64,000 nt of DNA, taken from positions 348,006,001 through 348,070,000 of the forward strand of contig OZ024743.1 in assembly GCA_964016885.1 (NCBI GenBank), in the 5' to 3' direction. The DNA comes from Eledone cirrhosa. Its lineage: Eukaryota. Positions 17,632-31,052 of this stretch are shown piece by piece. The notes beneath the pieces were generated by a model. That model did no database searches. It had not been told where the DNA came from and saw only the letters and a list, made by a program, of their open reading frames with translations. Position 1 is the stretch's first letter, and each line of letters opens with the position of its first letter. The position numbers were made by a program, and so were the translations under genes.

Positions 17632-17641
<10 letters not shown>
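17280..17641. repeat. Perfect inverted repeat, 156-bp arms, 50-bp spacer
   Basis: 17280-17435 and 17486-17641 are reverse complements with no mismatch seen by eye. The right arm ends in (AT)n. Confidence 0.9.
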
Positions 17642-17686
<45 letters not shown>

Positions 17687-18001
17687 AATTAAGCGGAGCA
17701 AGCACGATTCAAACAATTTTTTTAAATAAATTAAAATATATAATTTAAATATTTACCTATTCCAGTTGCTTTTACCGACGGTTTTTTCAATTACCAACGG
17801 TGTTTTCACAAAAGATTGGAATTCCCTAGGGACTTCCAATGGAAAAGTTTAGATCCTCACAAAGAATTTTCCTTTCCTAGGACAAAAACTCCCAGGAACG
17901 GCAAAATATATTGCCATCTGCCAGCTATCACAGGATCGAATGGGGCCGAAAATTTGACCTATGCATGAACCAGATATATATATATATAGAGAGAGAGAGA
18001 G

Positions 18002-18160
18002 ATGAACAGATTCAGAACCCCGACGGCAGAGTTGCGGCCGTTTGGACAGAGAGATCCGAACTGTTCGTATCTTGCCGTCGGGATCCTGAATCTTTTCATA
18101 TAACCCACTCTTCTACCCCAAGTAACGAGTACTCTGGTTGTTTTTACCACACTCTATGTG
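18002..18160 (+). mobile_element. PLE pseudo-LTR fragment with short fold-back at the HHR (same family as 8692-8880)
   Basis: 18002-18030 is inverted to 18070-18099. It shares GCCGTCGGG and ACCCACTCT.CTACC.CAAGTA..GAGTACT.TGG with the 8.8-kb copy. Confidence 0.65.
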
Positions 18161-18186
18161 ATATATATATATATGTATACACACAC

Positions 18187-18285
<99 letters not shown>

Positions 18286-19956
18286 AAGTGAATTAGAATC
18301 TTGCACGGTGTATTGACTACTGAATGTGATCAAATATTAGAGAATCAGAAACACCGTAACGAATCAAAGATGTATTAGCGTATGTGTGAAACGAACTTAC
18401 ACCTCTTATTTTCCACCACCTTCAAATGCCCATTTGTTCCCTTATAGCTTCATATGCACTAATATGAAACTATTTTCTGTTGACAATATAGGTGGAATAT
18501 TCTAATCCCACTTTAAAATTGTTCAGTCGCCACCTAATTCTAATTTACATATATATATGTAATTGCAATATATTTAACGTTTATACAATACTCTCTCATG
18601 GAGCGTAATTCACATTCTTGTTTATTTGAATTTGTATCCATTTAGAATCGATGAAATGAAAGTTTGTCCTCATTCTAATAATACAATGTGCTATTGAGAC
18701 GTGTTCAATTAAATTCTGTGTTTGTATACTGCACATATTTTAACATTCGTGTGATTGATAAAATAAGTGCCTGTAGCATAATTGTGTCCTTCAGTTAAGT
18801 TTACTCAGCCAATGAAGTTTATTTTTTGTTAGTGTGGTAGAAATCATATTTATTTGCGTAAAGGCTCAATGTTGTATTATGAGAGAAGTAGGTTTTGACG
18901 TGTAAATGAAAACAATATTGCCGTTTTAGCGTGGAACTACAATGGAGCTGCATCGTACACGATGGTTTTTAACATACTGTTAAGATATAAAAAATGTCGT
19001 AACACTGTTAACATCCTGTTTCACATAAAACCGTATGTAAAGAAGATAACACTAACCTCTACAAGCATCACATATTTTATGAGTTTTCCAACCGCCGGAG
19101 GATCTGACAATATATATCCTCCAAGTAATAGCCGTATATAAACTGTTTTCTTAGAATTTTGTAAAGTTATTAATACTTTCCCATAAAGTTATCATTCCTT
19201 CATTCTACGGCAGTCTAAGGTAGTATACTTGGGAGGGCGTTACAGAATGATATCTCTTCATCTCTTCTAGCTCTTTGCATACTGAGCTCAAACCTGATTT
19301 GTGTTATAGATATAATATATCACCCTGTTTAACAACATTACCAGGTCCTCGAGTGCCTTTAGCAAAATCTGTATTGATGGAAGCATTCGGGTCAGCAGAC
19401 CGGTTGCAGTACAATACAACCACTCTCTCTTTTCTTCTTGCAGTAGTGGAGGCCCACGACTATGGGCGAGGCTTTTTATCAATTCGCGTACACTCAAATG
19501 GAAAGAATGATTGGAGATAATATGAAATACAAAACTATTACTTTGTAAAAGATGTTTTCATGCCATAATACGCTCGGAATTTCCAACCTACCAGGTCCAT
19601 TTTTTCTGTCTCTCCGATTTGCGTGACACAAATAGCAATAGATACAAAAGTAAGGTAACTTAACCGAATATACGCAGGGGGTGTGTGCCCCAGATTAAAG
19701 AAAGTACAATAAATTGAATCAGTTATCCAAGTATATGTGTGTGTATGTGTGTAGGCACGCACACGCTTATGTGTGTATGCGCGTGCGCTTGCGTTTGTAT
19801 GTGTTGGTGCATCTGCACATAAACATATATGTATGCATATATAAACGGGCATACACATTTACAATCTTAAAGCACACGCAGACACGCACACAAACATACA
19901 CATACAACCGCAGACAAACACACATACATACACACACACAAACATACATATACAAC

Positions 19957-19987
<31 letters not shown>

Positions 19988-19988
19988 G

Positions 19989-20019
<31 letters not shown>

Positions 20020-20077
20020 TAGATATTAATTTAACAATAAATATAACAATATAGTCAAGTTTTTATCAACTTTAAAA

Positions 20078-20124
<47 letters not shown>

Positions 20125-20160
20125 TTCAAATATTAACAAAATAGATTTGTGATCAATTAA

Positions 20161-20228
20161 ATTTTATTATACATATTTCAGAGGTACTGAATCAAATTCA
20201 ACAGTACGTCCTCATCAGATAAAATAAA
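20161..20228 (-). ncRNA. Minimal type I hammerhead (intact core)
   Basis: Minus strand: CTGATGA-GGAcGTAC..TGAAT ttg ATTCA GTACcTCT-GAAA-TAT-GTA|taataaaat. Confidence 0.72.
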
Positions 20229-20323
20229 ATGATACATGACATACCCTGACATGTTAGAAGGTTAAGATTTAATCAAGGTAGTGATTAACTTATGAGAAAA
20301 CTTATGAGAAAACAATGTATCAT

Positions 20324-20393
20324 TTTATTTTATCTGGTGAGGACGTACGTCTGAGAACTTGATTCAGTACCTCTGAAATATGTATAATCAAAT
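20324..20393 (+). ncRNA. Hammerhead copy with A6G core mutation (likely inactive)
   Basis: CTGGTGA-GGACGTAC...GTACCTCT-GAAA-TAT-GTA, the inverted twin of 20161-20228. Confidence 0.65.
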
Positions 20394-20533
20394 TTAATTG
20401 ATCACAAGAATATCTATTTTGTTAATATTTGAATTAATATTAATAACTCTGGAAAATATTCACTGTAGAGTGCTTCCAATCTACTGTAAAACTCATTCTT
20501 TGATGCACTCATTGAATCTTATTTAACTCTTTA

Positions 20534-20578
<45 letters not shown>

Positions 20579-21356
20579 AGTGCGTATATATGCGTATATG
20601 CGTATATATATGTATATGTGTGTGTACAGTTCCAAACGCACAAACTCACACACACAGAAACGTGCACAATGCCACTGTTAGACAACAGCTATGCTATTTA
20701 TCTCTACACTCCTATTTAAAAAAATCTTCCTAATTTATTTTAGTGGCTTAGGTGAGAGGGACATACCTCACACTCGCTACACGCCATCTGCTTGCATCCA
20801 CCACAACCATTCGATAATATTCTTTCTTCTAAATTTACACCACTTTCTCCGATCTCCTCCACCTGGAATCTCATGTAATTACTGGAAATGGGGATTAATA
20901 TTGGAAATGGTGGACAGAGAGTTGTAGGTGTGGACGAACTCTGAGGAAATAAATGAGGGAAAGAGGTAAAGGAGTACAGAACAACTGATAGATGGAGGAA
21001 AGAAAGAAAGATTAAGAGAGAGGATTTGCGGCGAAAGATAGAAAAGATGTATATGTAAATGGTTATAAATATGTGTGTGTGCGTGTTGTGAATGTGTATG
21101 TATTCGTTTGTGTATAGATATATGTAAATGAACACACACACACACGCAAAGATGTGCACATGAACACACGTACAGACGCACATGCACACATGCATGCGCA
21201 CACACATATATATATATGTGTGTGTGTGTGTGTGTATCTATTCCGTCTTTTTTCTAACTGTGCTTAACACTATAACTAATAAAATAATTAGAAACATCTC
21301 ACTATCCAGACAGCTTCCAAAAATAATGGTCGCATCTAATAGGGTACGTCAAAATT

Positions 21357-21462
21357 ATTTATAAAACTGTTTATATATTGTATTTTGTCTGATGAAGGCA
21401 TACCATATTTTCATTTGGTATCCCTGAAATATGTATAATGAAATAAATATGGTTTTATAAAT
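21357..21462 (+). ncRNA. Minimal type I hammerhead
   Basis: CTGATGA(21389-95)-AGGcATACCA tattttcatt TGGTATcCCT-GAAA(21426-29)-TAT-GTA. A distal stem ATTTATAAAAC/GTTTTATAAAT closes the domain. Confidence 0.8.
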
Positions 21463-21485
21463 ATAGTTTCCATTTATTTAATATC

Positions 21486-21523
<38 letters not shown>

Positions 21524-21544
21524 GTTTACATATATATATAATAT

Positions 21545-22097
21545 ATAAAGTCATAGATATATATGTGTTTTGCAACGGGTCACTTTGTGGCTCAATGAAG
21601 AATTAATAAATTAACTAATCAGAGCTATATATCATAAAACATGTCTATAATATCACCATATAAAATATATACCGTTTCCTCTCTCAATTAGCATAATTAA
21701 CCATATAAAAAAAATCAATTAGATCAAGCTATAAGAATAAAGGCTCCTATGAAGAAATCTCCGACATATAACCGAGAGCAGCCCCTTCGCAGCGGTTACT
21801 ACGGAGTATTTATCGAATATTTCGACAGCATGTATAAATCGACCAGATATACAGTCAACTAAACAGAATTAGGTGTAAAATAAACTAGAAGAAAAGTGTA
21901 CATATTTAAATACCTCTACCATGTTTTCGTCCGCATTTTAAGACATCCGATACCATAGGATATCTAGAGCTTCGGATTCTTCAGGAGTTTGCTCAAATTT
22001 AGACAATAAATTTTTCCAAAGTAATCGCGCCAAGAATACATTCAAGACTGGTTAAGAATCGTGACGTGGCATCTGGTGATTCTATAGACATGTTTTA

Positions 22098-22105
<8 letters not shown>
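21545..22105 (-). mobile_element. PLE pseudo-LTR copy with short terminal inversion
   Basis: Homologous to 12660-13112. 21628-21659 is inverted at 22074-22105. (AT)n flanks. Confidence 0.8.
21913..21988 (-). ncRNA. Type I hammerhead (homologue of 12757-12842)
   Basis: Minus strand: CTCCTGAAGA-aTCCG..(different loop)..CGGAc-GAAA-ACATG-GTA|GAGG, with one mismatch in stem III. Confidence 0.72.
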
Positions 22106-22151
<46 letters not shown>

Positions 22152-22519
22152 ACGTAGATACACACACAGGGAAACGAAAACGAACTTCTGGGAGGAAAGG
22201 ATAGAAGAAAAATGAGGAATGAAAAAGTTAAGGAGAGGAGAATAAAAAGTAGAAAAAGAAGGGAAGGTTAAAAGAAAAACGTATGGAAACAAAAAATGGA
22301 TAAAAACATAACACTTCAATAAATAAAAGAAATAAGTTAAAAAGGAAAGGAAGACAGACATTGAATAGTGAATAAGACGGGAAATACCGACAAAGGCTAT
22401 GGTGTTATTATTGTTGTCTTGTTCCTATTGTTGTGATCGCTGTTTCTGTTGTATTTATTTTTTTTGTGGTTGTTGTTAGTAGGGATAGTTGTAATGTTGT
22501 TAATGTTGTTAAATGATAA

Positions 22520-23050
22520 TTGTTCCTATTTTTGTCACGAGGCCAGCAAATTACACCAGTTTATTACTGGGGCATTATTTTATCGACTCAGTAAGAATGA
22601 AAGGCAAAGTTAATCTGAGCAGGATTTTAACTCAGAATGTAAAGGGCCATAACTCTGTGATGCAAAGCATGGGGGTCTGACGCTCTATAATAATAGATTC
22701 TTCTTTTGGCGCAAGGCCTGCAATTATTCCAGTGTATTACTGGTACTCTATTTTATCGACCCCCGAAGGAATGAAATGCAAAGTTAAACTCAGCGGGATT
22801 TGAATTCCGATCGTAAAGGGTCATAACTCTATGCTGCAAAGCATAGTGTCTGACGCTCTATAATAATTCTTTCTTCTTTTGGCACAAGGCCAGCAATTAC
22901 CCTCCAGTGTATTACTGGTGCTTTATTTTATCGACCCCGTAACGATGACATGCAAAGTTAACCTCGGCGGGATTTGAACTCAGAACGCAAATGGCCATCA
23001 CTCTATGCTTCAAAGCATAGTGTTTGGCGCTCTACGATAATGTTGCCAAT
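22520..23050 (-). mobile_element. Head-to-tail SINE trimer
   Basis: Three ~172-bp SINE units at ~22520-22688, ~22695-22860 and ~22868-23050. Confidence 0.88.
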
Positions 23051-23059
23051 AATGATACG

Positions 23060-23350
23060 GATATGTATGTTGATGATGATTATGATTATGATTATCATCA
23101 TGGTGACGATGTTGATGATGATGGTGGGGCTGGTGACAACGATAATGACGATGATGATGATGATGATGATGATGGTGATGAAGATTATGATGACGATGAT
23201 GATGATGATGATGACGATGATGATGCTGCCGTTGATGATGATAATGATGATGATGACGACGACTATAATGACGATGTTGATGAAAATGATGATGATAATG
23301 ATGAAGAAATGATGCTCATGACGATGTCGTTGATGTTGAATGATGATGGT
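23060..23350. repeat. Degenerate (GAT)n microsatellite
   Basis: Direct reading. Confidence 0.9.
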
Positions 23351-23779
23351 AAAGAAGTATAAGGATGATAATGATAAGGTGTGTAGAGGGAGTAGGGAAA
23401 CTGGGGCAAAAACGGGAAGTGTATAATGGCGAGGGCAGATATAAACACAGAAAATAATAGGAAAAAAATCCTAAAGTAAATTAAACGAAGAAAAAAAGGT
23501 GTGAAGGAAATTTAAAGAAAAAAATTCGGCAAAAATGCCACAAAAAATTATATTAAAAAGAAGGAGAGAAAACAAAATGTCGGAAAGAGCAAAATAAATA
23601 GTGATGTAGAAAATTAAAATGGAAAATAAAGTGTGAATAACATGGAATGTATGTATATATATATATATATATGTAGACATATATATATACACACACACAT
23701 ACACACACCAATATATATATGTATATATATATATATATATATATCAGATAAAAATATATACACATATATGTAAATATGA

Positions 23780-23817
<38 letters not shown>

Positions 23818-24267
23818 TGCAGAAAGCGGTAAGTGAAGAAGAAAGAGCAAAGCGAGATACAATAAAACGAAAGGGAACTTACATGTATATATATATATAT
23901 ATACATTTAAGTATATATATATATATATGCCTCAGTGTGTGTGTGTATGTGTGAATGTGTGCGTGTGTGTGTGTATTTGTAAGTAACAAATCAAAGATAT
24001 ATGAAGAAGGAAAGGGAGAGATAGAGATACAGTTAAAAAAGATAAGGACACCAAGTATATAAGAGAGAGGGGGAGTTTAAGGAAAAGGAAAATATATGAA
24101 GTAGTAACGGTGAAAGACATAAGAAAAAGTTACAAATAAATGAACAGACATTTGACACCTTTGATGTTGTTGTTTGTGTTGCTTTAGTTATTCGCCTTGC
24201 TTTTGTTCATATGGTTGTTGTTGTTGTTGCTGATGAGAGTATTCGGGATGTTTGCAGTAGTTGTAGT

Positions 24268-25632
<1,365 letters not shown>

Positions 25633-25829
25633 ACGTTCCTGTATTGGTTACTCTATTATTTTTTTTTGCTCGTTTTACTTTTTTTTTATTTGTTCAATGT
25701 ATTTGTTTTTTTCTGAGATTTGTTTTTCTCTCATTTAGAAAAGACAACTGCTACGGGGCAGCTATGCCTGTTATTGCTACTGTTGTTGTTGTTGTTATAG
25801 TGGTAGTAAAGGTAGTGATGGTGGCGGGG

Positions 25830-26275
25830 TGGAGGTGGTCGCCCACGTGACAATGTTGGAAATGTTAGTCGGCTATTATAGTGATGATGATAGTTATGAT
25901 AATGGTGCGGGTCGTGGTATTGATGGTGACGGTCGGAGGCTGTAGCGACGGCGGCGGCGGCGGCGGCGGAAGTGGTCGCTCACGTGACACTGTTGTAAAT
26001 GTTTATGATGATGGTGGTGGTTGTGGTAGTGATGGTGACGGTCGGAGGCTATAGCGGCGGCGGCGGCGGCAGAAGTGGTCGCCCACTTGACAATGTTGGA
26101 AATGTTAGTCGGCCATTATAGTGATGATGACAGTTATGATGATGGTGCGGGTGGTGGTAGTGATGGTGACGGTCGGAGGCTGTAGCGGCGGCGGCGGCGG
26201 CGGAGGTGGTCGCCCACGTGACAATGTTGTAAATGTTTATGATGATGGTGCTGGTTGTGGTAGTGATGCTGGCGG
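25830..26275. repeat. Minisatellite with long/short dimeric higher-order structure
   Basis: The motif gtggtcgc(c/t)cac(g/t)tgaca recurs (CAC at 25844, 25981, 26084, 26215; spacings 137/103/131). Confidence 0.8.
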
Positions 26276-26289
26276 TGCTGGGATTCGGA

Positions 26290-26511
26290 TTATAGTTGTG
26301 GTGGTGGTGGTGGTGGTGGTGGTGGTGGGGGGGGGAGATGATGAGAAATATGATGACAATATTGATGATGTTGAGGAAGCGGAGAATGTTATGATCACAA
26401 TGACATTATTGATGAAGTTAATGGCGATGATGATGATGATGGCAACGAAGATGATGATGATTATGTTGATGATTATGATGATGATGATGATGATGAAGAT
26501 GGTGGTGGTGG

Positions 26512-26552
<41 letters not shown>

Positions 26553-26585
26553 GTTATGCTGATGAAAATGACGATGATAATGATA

Positions 26586-26617
<32 letters not shown>

Positions 26618-26848
26618 GATGGTGATGATGACGATGATGATGATGATGATGAATAGGAAGTGGAAGACGATGATGGTGATGATGATGATGATATTGATGT
26701 CGATAATGATGATGATGATGATGATCCTTATGAGGATGATAATGATGATGATGGTGATGGTAATGATGATGATGATGATGGTGATGGTGATGATATGCCA
26801 ATGATCTTTAGACATTGATGTGATTTAGTGATGAAAACGACGGTGATA

Positions 26849-26902
<54 letters not shown>

Positions 26903-27639
26903 GTGATGATATTCAATAAAATCAAAGTGGGGATGCAAGTGGAGAGAGCAGCGAAATGATTGTCTTGGAGATGATGATGACAATGATGATGATTGCGATG
27001 ACACTGATCACAACGATAAATACATTGCTGCTACTGCTGATTAATTTATTGATGATGCTAATTATATTGAAAGTGTCATTGGCGAAGACTATGATGATGG
27101 TGATGATGATAGTGGTGGTGGTGTTGGGGGTGAGGATGATGGTGGTGGTGGCGGTGGTGGTGGTAGTGGTGGTGGGGATGATGGTGGTGGTGGTGGTGTT
27201 GTTGTTGTTGTTGTTGTTGGTGGTGGTGGTGATGATGGTGGTGGTAGTGATAGCGATGGCGGTGGCGGTGGTGCTGGTGCTGGTGGTGCTGGTGCTGGAG
27301 ATGGTGATGATGACGGTGGTGGTGGTGGTGGCGGCGGTGATGATGATGATGATGTTGATGATGGTGATGATGATGATGGTGGCGGCTATAATGACGACGA
27401 TGATGATGATGATGCTGATGATGGTGATGATGAAGGTGATGATGATGGTGATGGTGATGATGACGGCGGTGGTGATGATGATGATGATGATGATGGTGAT
27501 GATAATGATGGTGATGGTGGTGATGACGATAACGATGATGATGACGATGATGGATGATAACGATGATGATGATGACGATGATGATGATATTGACAATGAT
27601 TATGATGGTGATGATGGTGATGATGATCATGGAGACGAC

Positions 27640-27672
<33 letters not shown>

Positions 27673-27712
27673 AACGGTGGTGGCGGTAGTGTTTACGATG
27701 ATGACGATGGTT
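26290..27712. repeat. (GAT)n/(GGT)n degenerate microsatellite field
   Basis: Direct reading. Source of the poly-M/D/H/I ORFs. Confidence 0.95.
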
Positions 27713-28054
27713 GAAACATTCCTGGACTGAGGCCAAAATAGTTTGGTGTGTTATTATAAAATCATTTATTTCGCAATTTTTCTTCCTTTGTTAATTCCAT
27801 TGTTACAATTGTTAATGTTTTCGGTAGTGTTGATGTTTCTTGCGGGGTTGCTCTTTTTTTACTTTTTTAGGTAATGATTTATTCATATTTTACATTTTGT
27901 CTTAGATTTTATGCATTCAAAAATCTAATTTTCTCTTTTAAATAAGAAAATCTAGGGATCCCTCCATCTTCCTATATAAGGAAGACCTCGCAATAACGAC
28001 GAATAACGTCTAAACATTTCCACAACATACCAGGGGATATAGATTTCACTATGC

Positions 28055-28223
<169 letters not shown>

Positions 28224-28318
28224 AAATGTATATATATATATATATGTATGTATATATATATATGTATGTATATATACATATATGTGCATATATACATATA
28301 TGTGCATATATACATATA

Positions 28319-28357
<39 letters not shown>

Positions 28358-28404
28358 ATATATATGTGTGTGTGTGTGTGTGTATGTGTGTGTGTATACA
28401 TACA

Positions 28405-28481
<77 letters not shown>

Positions 28482-29248
28482 GTCTGTGTGTGTATGCGTA
28501 AAGACACCTATAAATAATCATAAAATGGTTTATGAATAGATCTCTTGGAAGTACATACGCACACGCACACACACGCACACATACACACGCAAACAAACAC
28601 CCAAGCATACAAATACAAACACACATATGCATAGATATATGTTTGTATATATGAGATTGAGTGTGTATGTGTACGATTGCCTGTGTGCATCTATGAATTA
28701 ACAGTTTTGCCTATGTTCTTTGTATATTGTTTTGGAAGAAATTTGATTAAAACTTCGACGTATTTTAGATTTAATTTGCAGTTTCTTATACTGCTGCATC
28801 TATTCCTTTATAATTTCGAGTTTATAAAATGTTTAGTAATTTCAAGATTTTCTTTTTCTTTTGTAACTTTAGGAACAAATGATTTTTGTTGATGGTTTTG
28901 ATGTTGTTTATTTTTCCTTCTTAATTCCTCTCAATCATTCCGTTTCGGATATCAATTCACTTAATATATTTTGGAATTACATTCAGTCTTTCGATAAATG
29001 ATTCATATTTAGTTCGTTTTTTAAAGATGTCTTTATAGTTATGAATACGACAATATAATTTTATAAGAAATATTATGAATTCAAAAGAAATATTTCATTT
29101 ATGATTGACGGGTTCGTGTATCCTAAGAAACCACTTGAATGTAACATGATTTCGTTGAAAAGTACATTTATGTATATATTTATGTACCTGTGTATGTTTA
29201 TATGCATGTATGCATGCATTTATGTTGGTACGCATGCATTCCTCTCTC

Positions 29249-29287
<39 letters not shown>

Positions 29288-29289
<2 letters not shown>

Positions 29290-29500
29290 ATTGTTTCTAC
29301 ATTAGGCACAAGACCAGCAATTTGAAGAGGAGCGGAAAGAAAGTCGATTAAATCGACTCCAGTACTTTCTGTTGCTTTATTTTATGAAAGGCAAAGCTAA
29401 TCGTGGCGGGATTAGAACACAGAACGTAAATGGCCGTATCCCTAACATTAATTCTACGAAGCATGTTGTCCGATGCTCTACCTATACTGCCAATCCACCG
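29288..29500 (-). mobile_element. tRNA-derived SINE, longer subfamily
   Basis: Same ends as the other copies plus an extra GTCGATTAAATCGAC hairpin segment. Confidence 0.85.
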
Positions 29501-29841
29501 AATAATAAGTATAAATAGAAGTTATACCCACAATTTAGCAGATACCAATCGAATTGTTTGAGTAAATCGCAAAGCACTCAATGTTGCAAAAATTTAATAC
29601 TTTTTCGTCCAGATTGAACACCAAGTTATGAAAGTGTGACAACATCGCTGCAAGAACCGCTATAATATTAAACTATAATCTTCAGCAGAGTTATGGACCG
29701 GAATTTATCAACAGCATCCCTCTTTTCTCCTCTCTCCTCATCAGCGTATCTACGGCCCGATTCCCGAAACTGCGAATACTCTAGTTCTGCTGCCAGATGT
29801 TTTTGTTTTGTGTTTTAATTTGTGTGTGTTTGGGGTCCCAA

Positions 29842-30340
29842 TCATCTTGATTTCAAGATTGGGAGGACCACCTCAATAATAAGGCCTATCCCTTCCTCAA
29901 GACACGCCGGAAACAGGCGCTCCAATTTGGTTAGATGTGGACGGGACAAAGCACGACGGTCATGCGGTAATAGATGATGGACGCATTCGCCCGCTCTGCC
30001 CGAAACTTTAGGCATGACTTTTTCTCGGCCCATTTCTGAAATAGAGTGACCACCCTGATCGTTGCCCCATACCAGTTCTTTCCACATGGAGGTCTGTACA
30101 AAATGGCCCTGTCCATCCGTGCAGCGCACGACAACGGCGTTTATATCAGCATTGGTTTGCATCTCCAGGCAAATTGACTTGCTGCATACCTGCAATTTTT
30201 CCTGGTTCAGCTTTGCTCTCGTTATCCTATGATATTTCTTTAAAAAGTGTTCAACACAATCCCAGTGATAACGTCCGCATTTGCCGATTGCAGACCTTCC
30301 ACGTCTCGTTTCGAGCTGGATGTGCTGCAACAACTCCAAC
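29842..30340 (-). pseudogene. L1/Tx1-like LINE ORF2 fragment (post-RT region)
   Basis: QKWAEKK..RAERANASIIYYRMTVVLCP and LTKLERL match the 58795-59418 peptide. Confidence 0.8.
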
Positions 30341-30759
30341 TTCGGCAGTAGTAGCTCGAGTGTCAGGTGTCAGTACACACAGAAGAGAGGGGAAGGGGCA
30401 TCATTTACAGAACGAGGGAGATAAAGAAGAGGAGCCTTGTTAGGAGACACCATGGGTGTTTTTTACTAGTGCCTGTGATGTTGCTTTTACTGCTGATGCT
30501 GGTTGTATTGTTGGTGGTGCTGTTGTTTTTGGTGCTGGTGCTAATTGTGTCTGATCCTAGACCAGTTTTCTCGACTGGTTCATTTCATCTGCATCCGGGG
30601 GTTGCTTCCATCTACGTCGATGCAGCTCAAAGGGCTTCTTCAGTCAAACTAGGCTTGTTTTCAATCATAATTATGTCGAACAGCTCCGTTACTTTAGCAG
30701 TCGTTTCTGCATTTGTATTGTCCTTGTTATTGTTGCTGTTATTATCGTTTTTATTTAGT

Positions 30760-31052
30760 TCAACTCCCGCCAGGTCAACCTTGTCTTCCAGCCATACGGA
30801 GTCGATAATATAAAGCTCCAGTAATGCACTGGAGTAATTGCTGGCCTTGTGCCAAAAGTAGAAACATTATTAGGGTGGTGGTTTGGCAGTATCGGTAGAG
30901 CATCAGACAACATGCTTTGCAGCATAGAGTTATGGCCATTTACTTTCTGAGTTCAAATCCCACCAGGTTAACTTTGCCTTTCATCATTACGGGGTCGATA
31001 AAATAAAGTACCAGTAATGCACTGCTGGCTTTGTGCCAAAATTAGAAACGTT
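30760..31052 (+). mobile_element. Partial plus full tandem SINEs
   Basis: 5'-truncated copy at 30760-30872 followed by a full copy at 30873-31052. Confidence 0.88.

Larger units (their letters stand above)
20117..20540. mobile_element. Inverted pair of PLE pseudo-LTRs, each with an HHR
   Basis: Arms ~20117-20237 and ~20316-20440, a 12-bp stutter (aacttatgagaa x2) at the junction, and (AT)n flanks. Confidence 0.8.

Noticed and set aside
19250-19520. Polypyrimidine-AG followed by an 81-codon ORF (possible exon)
   Set aside because: No recognisable protein similarity, no clear donor site and no partner exons.
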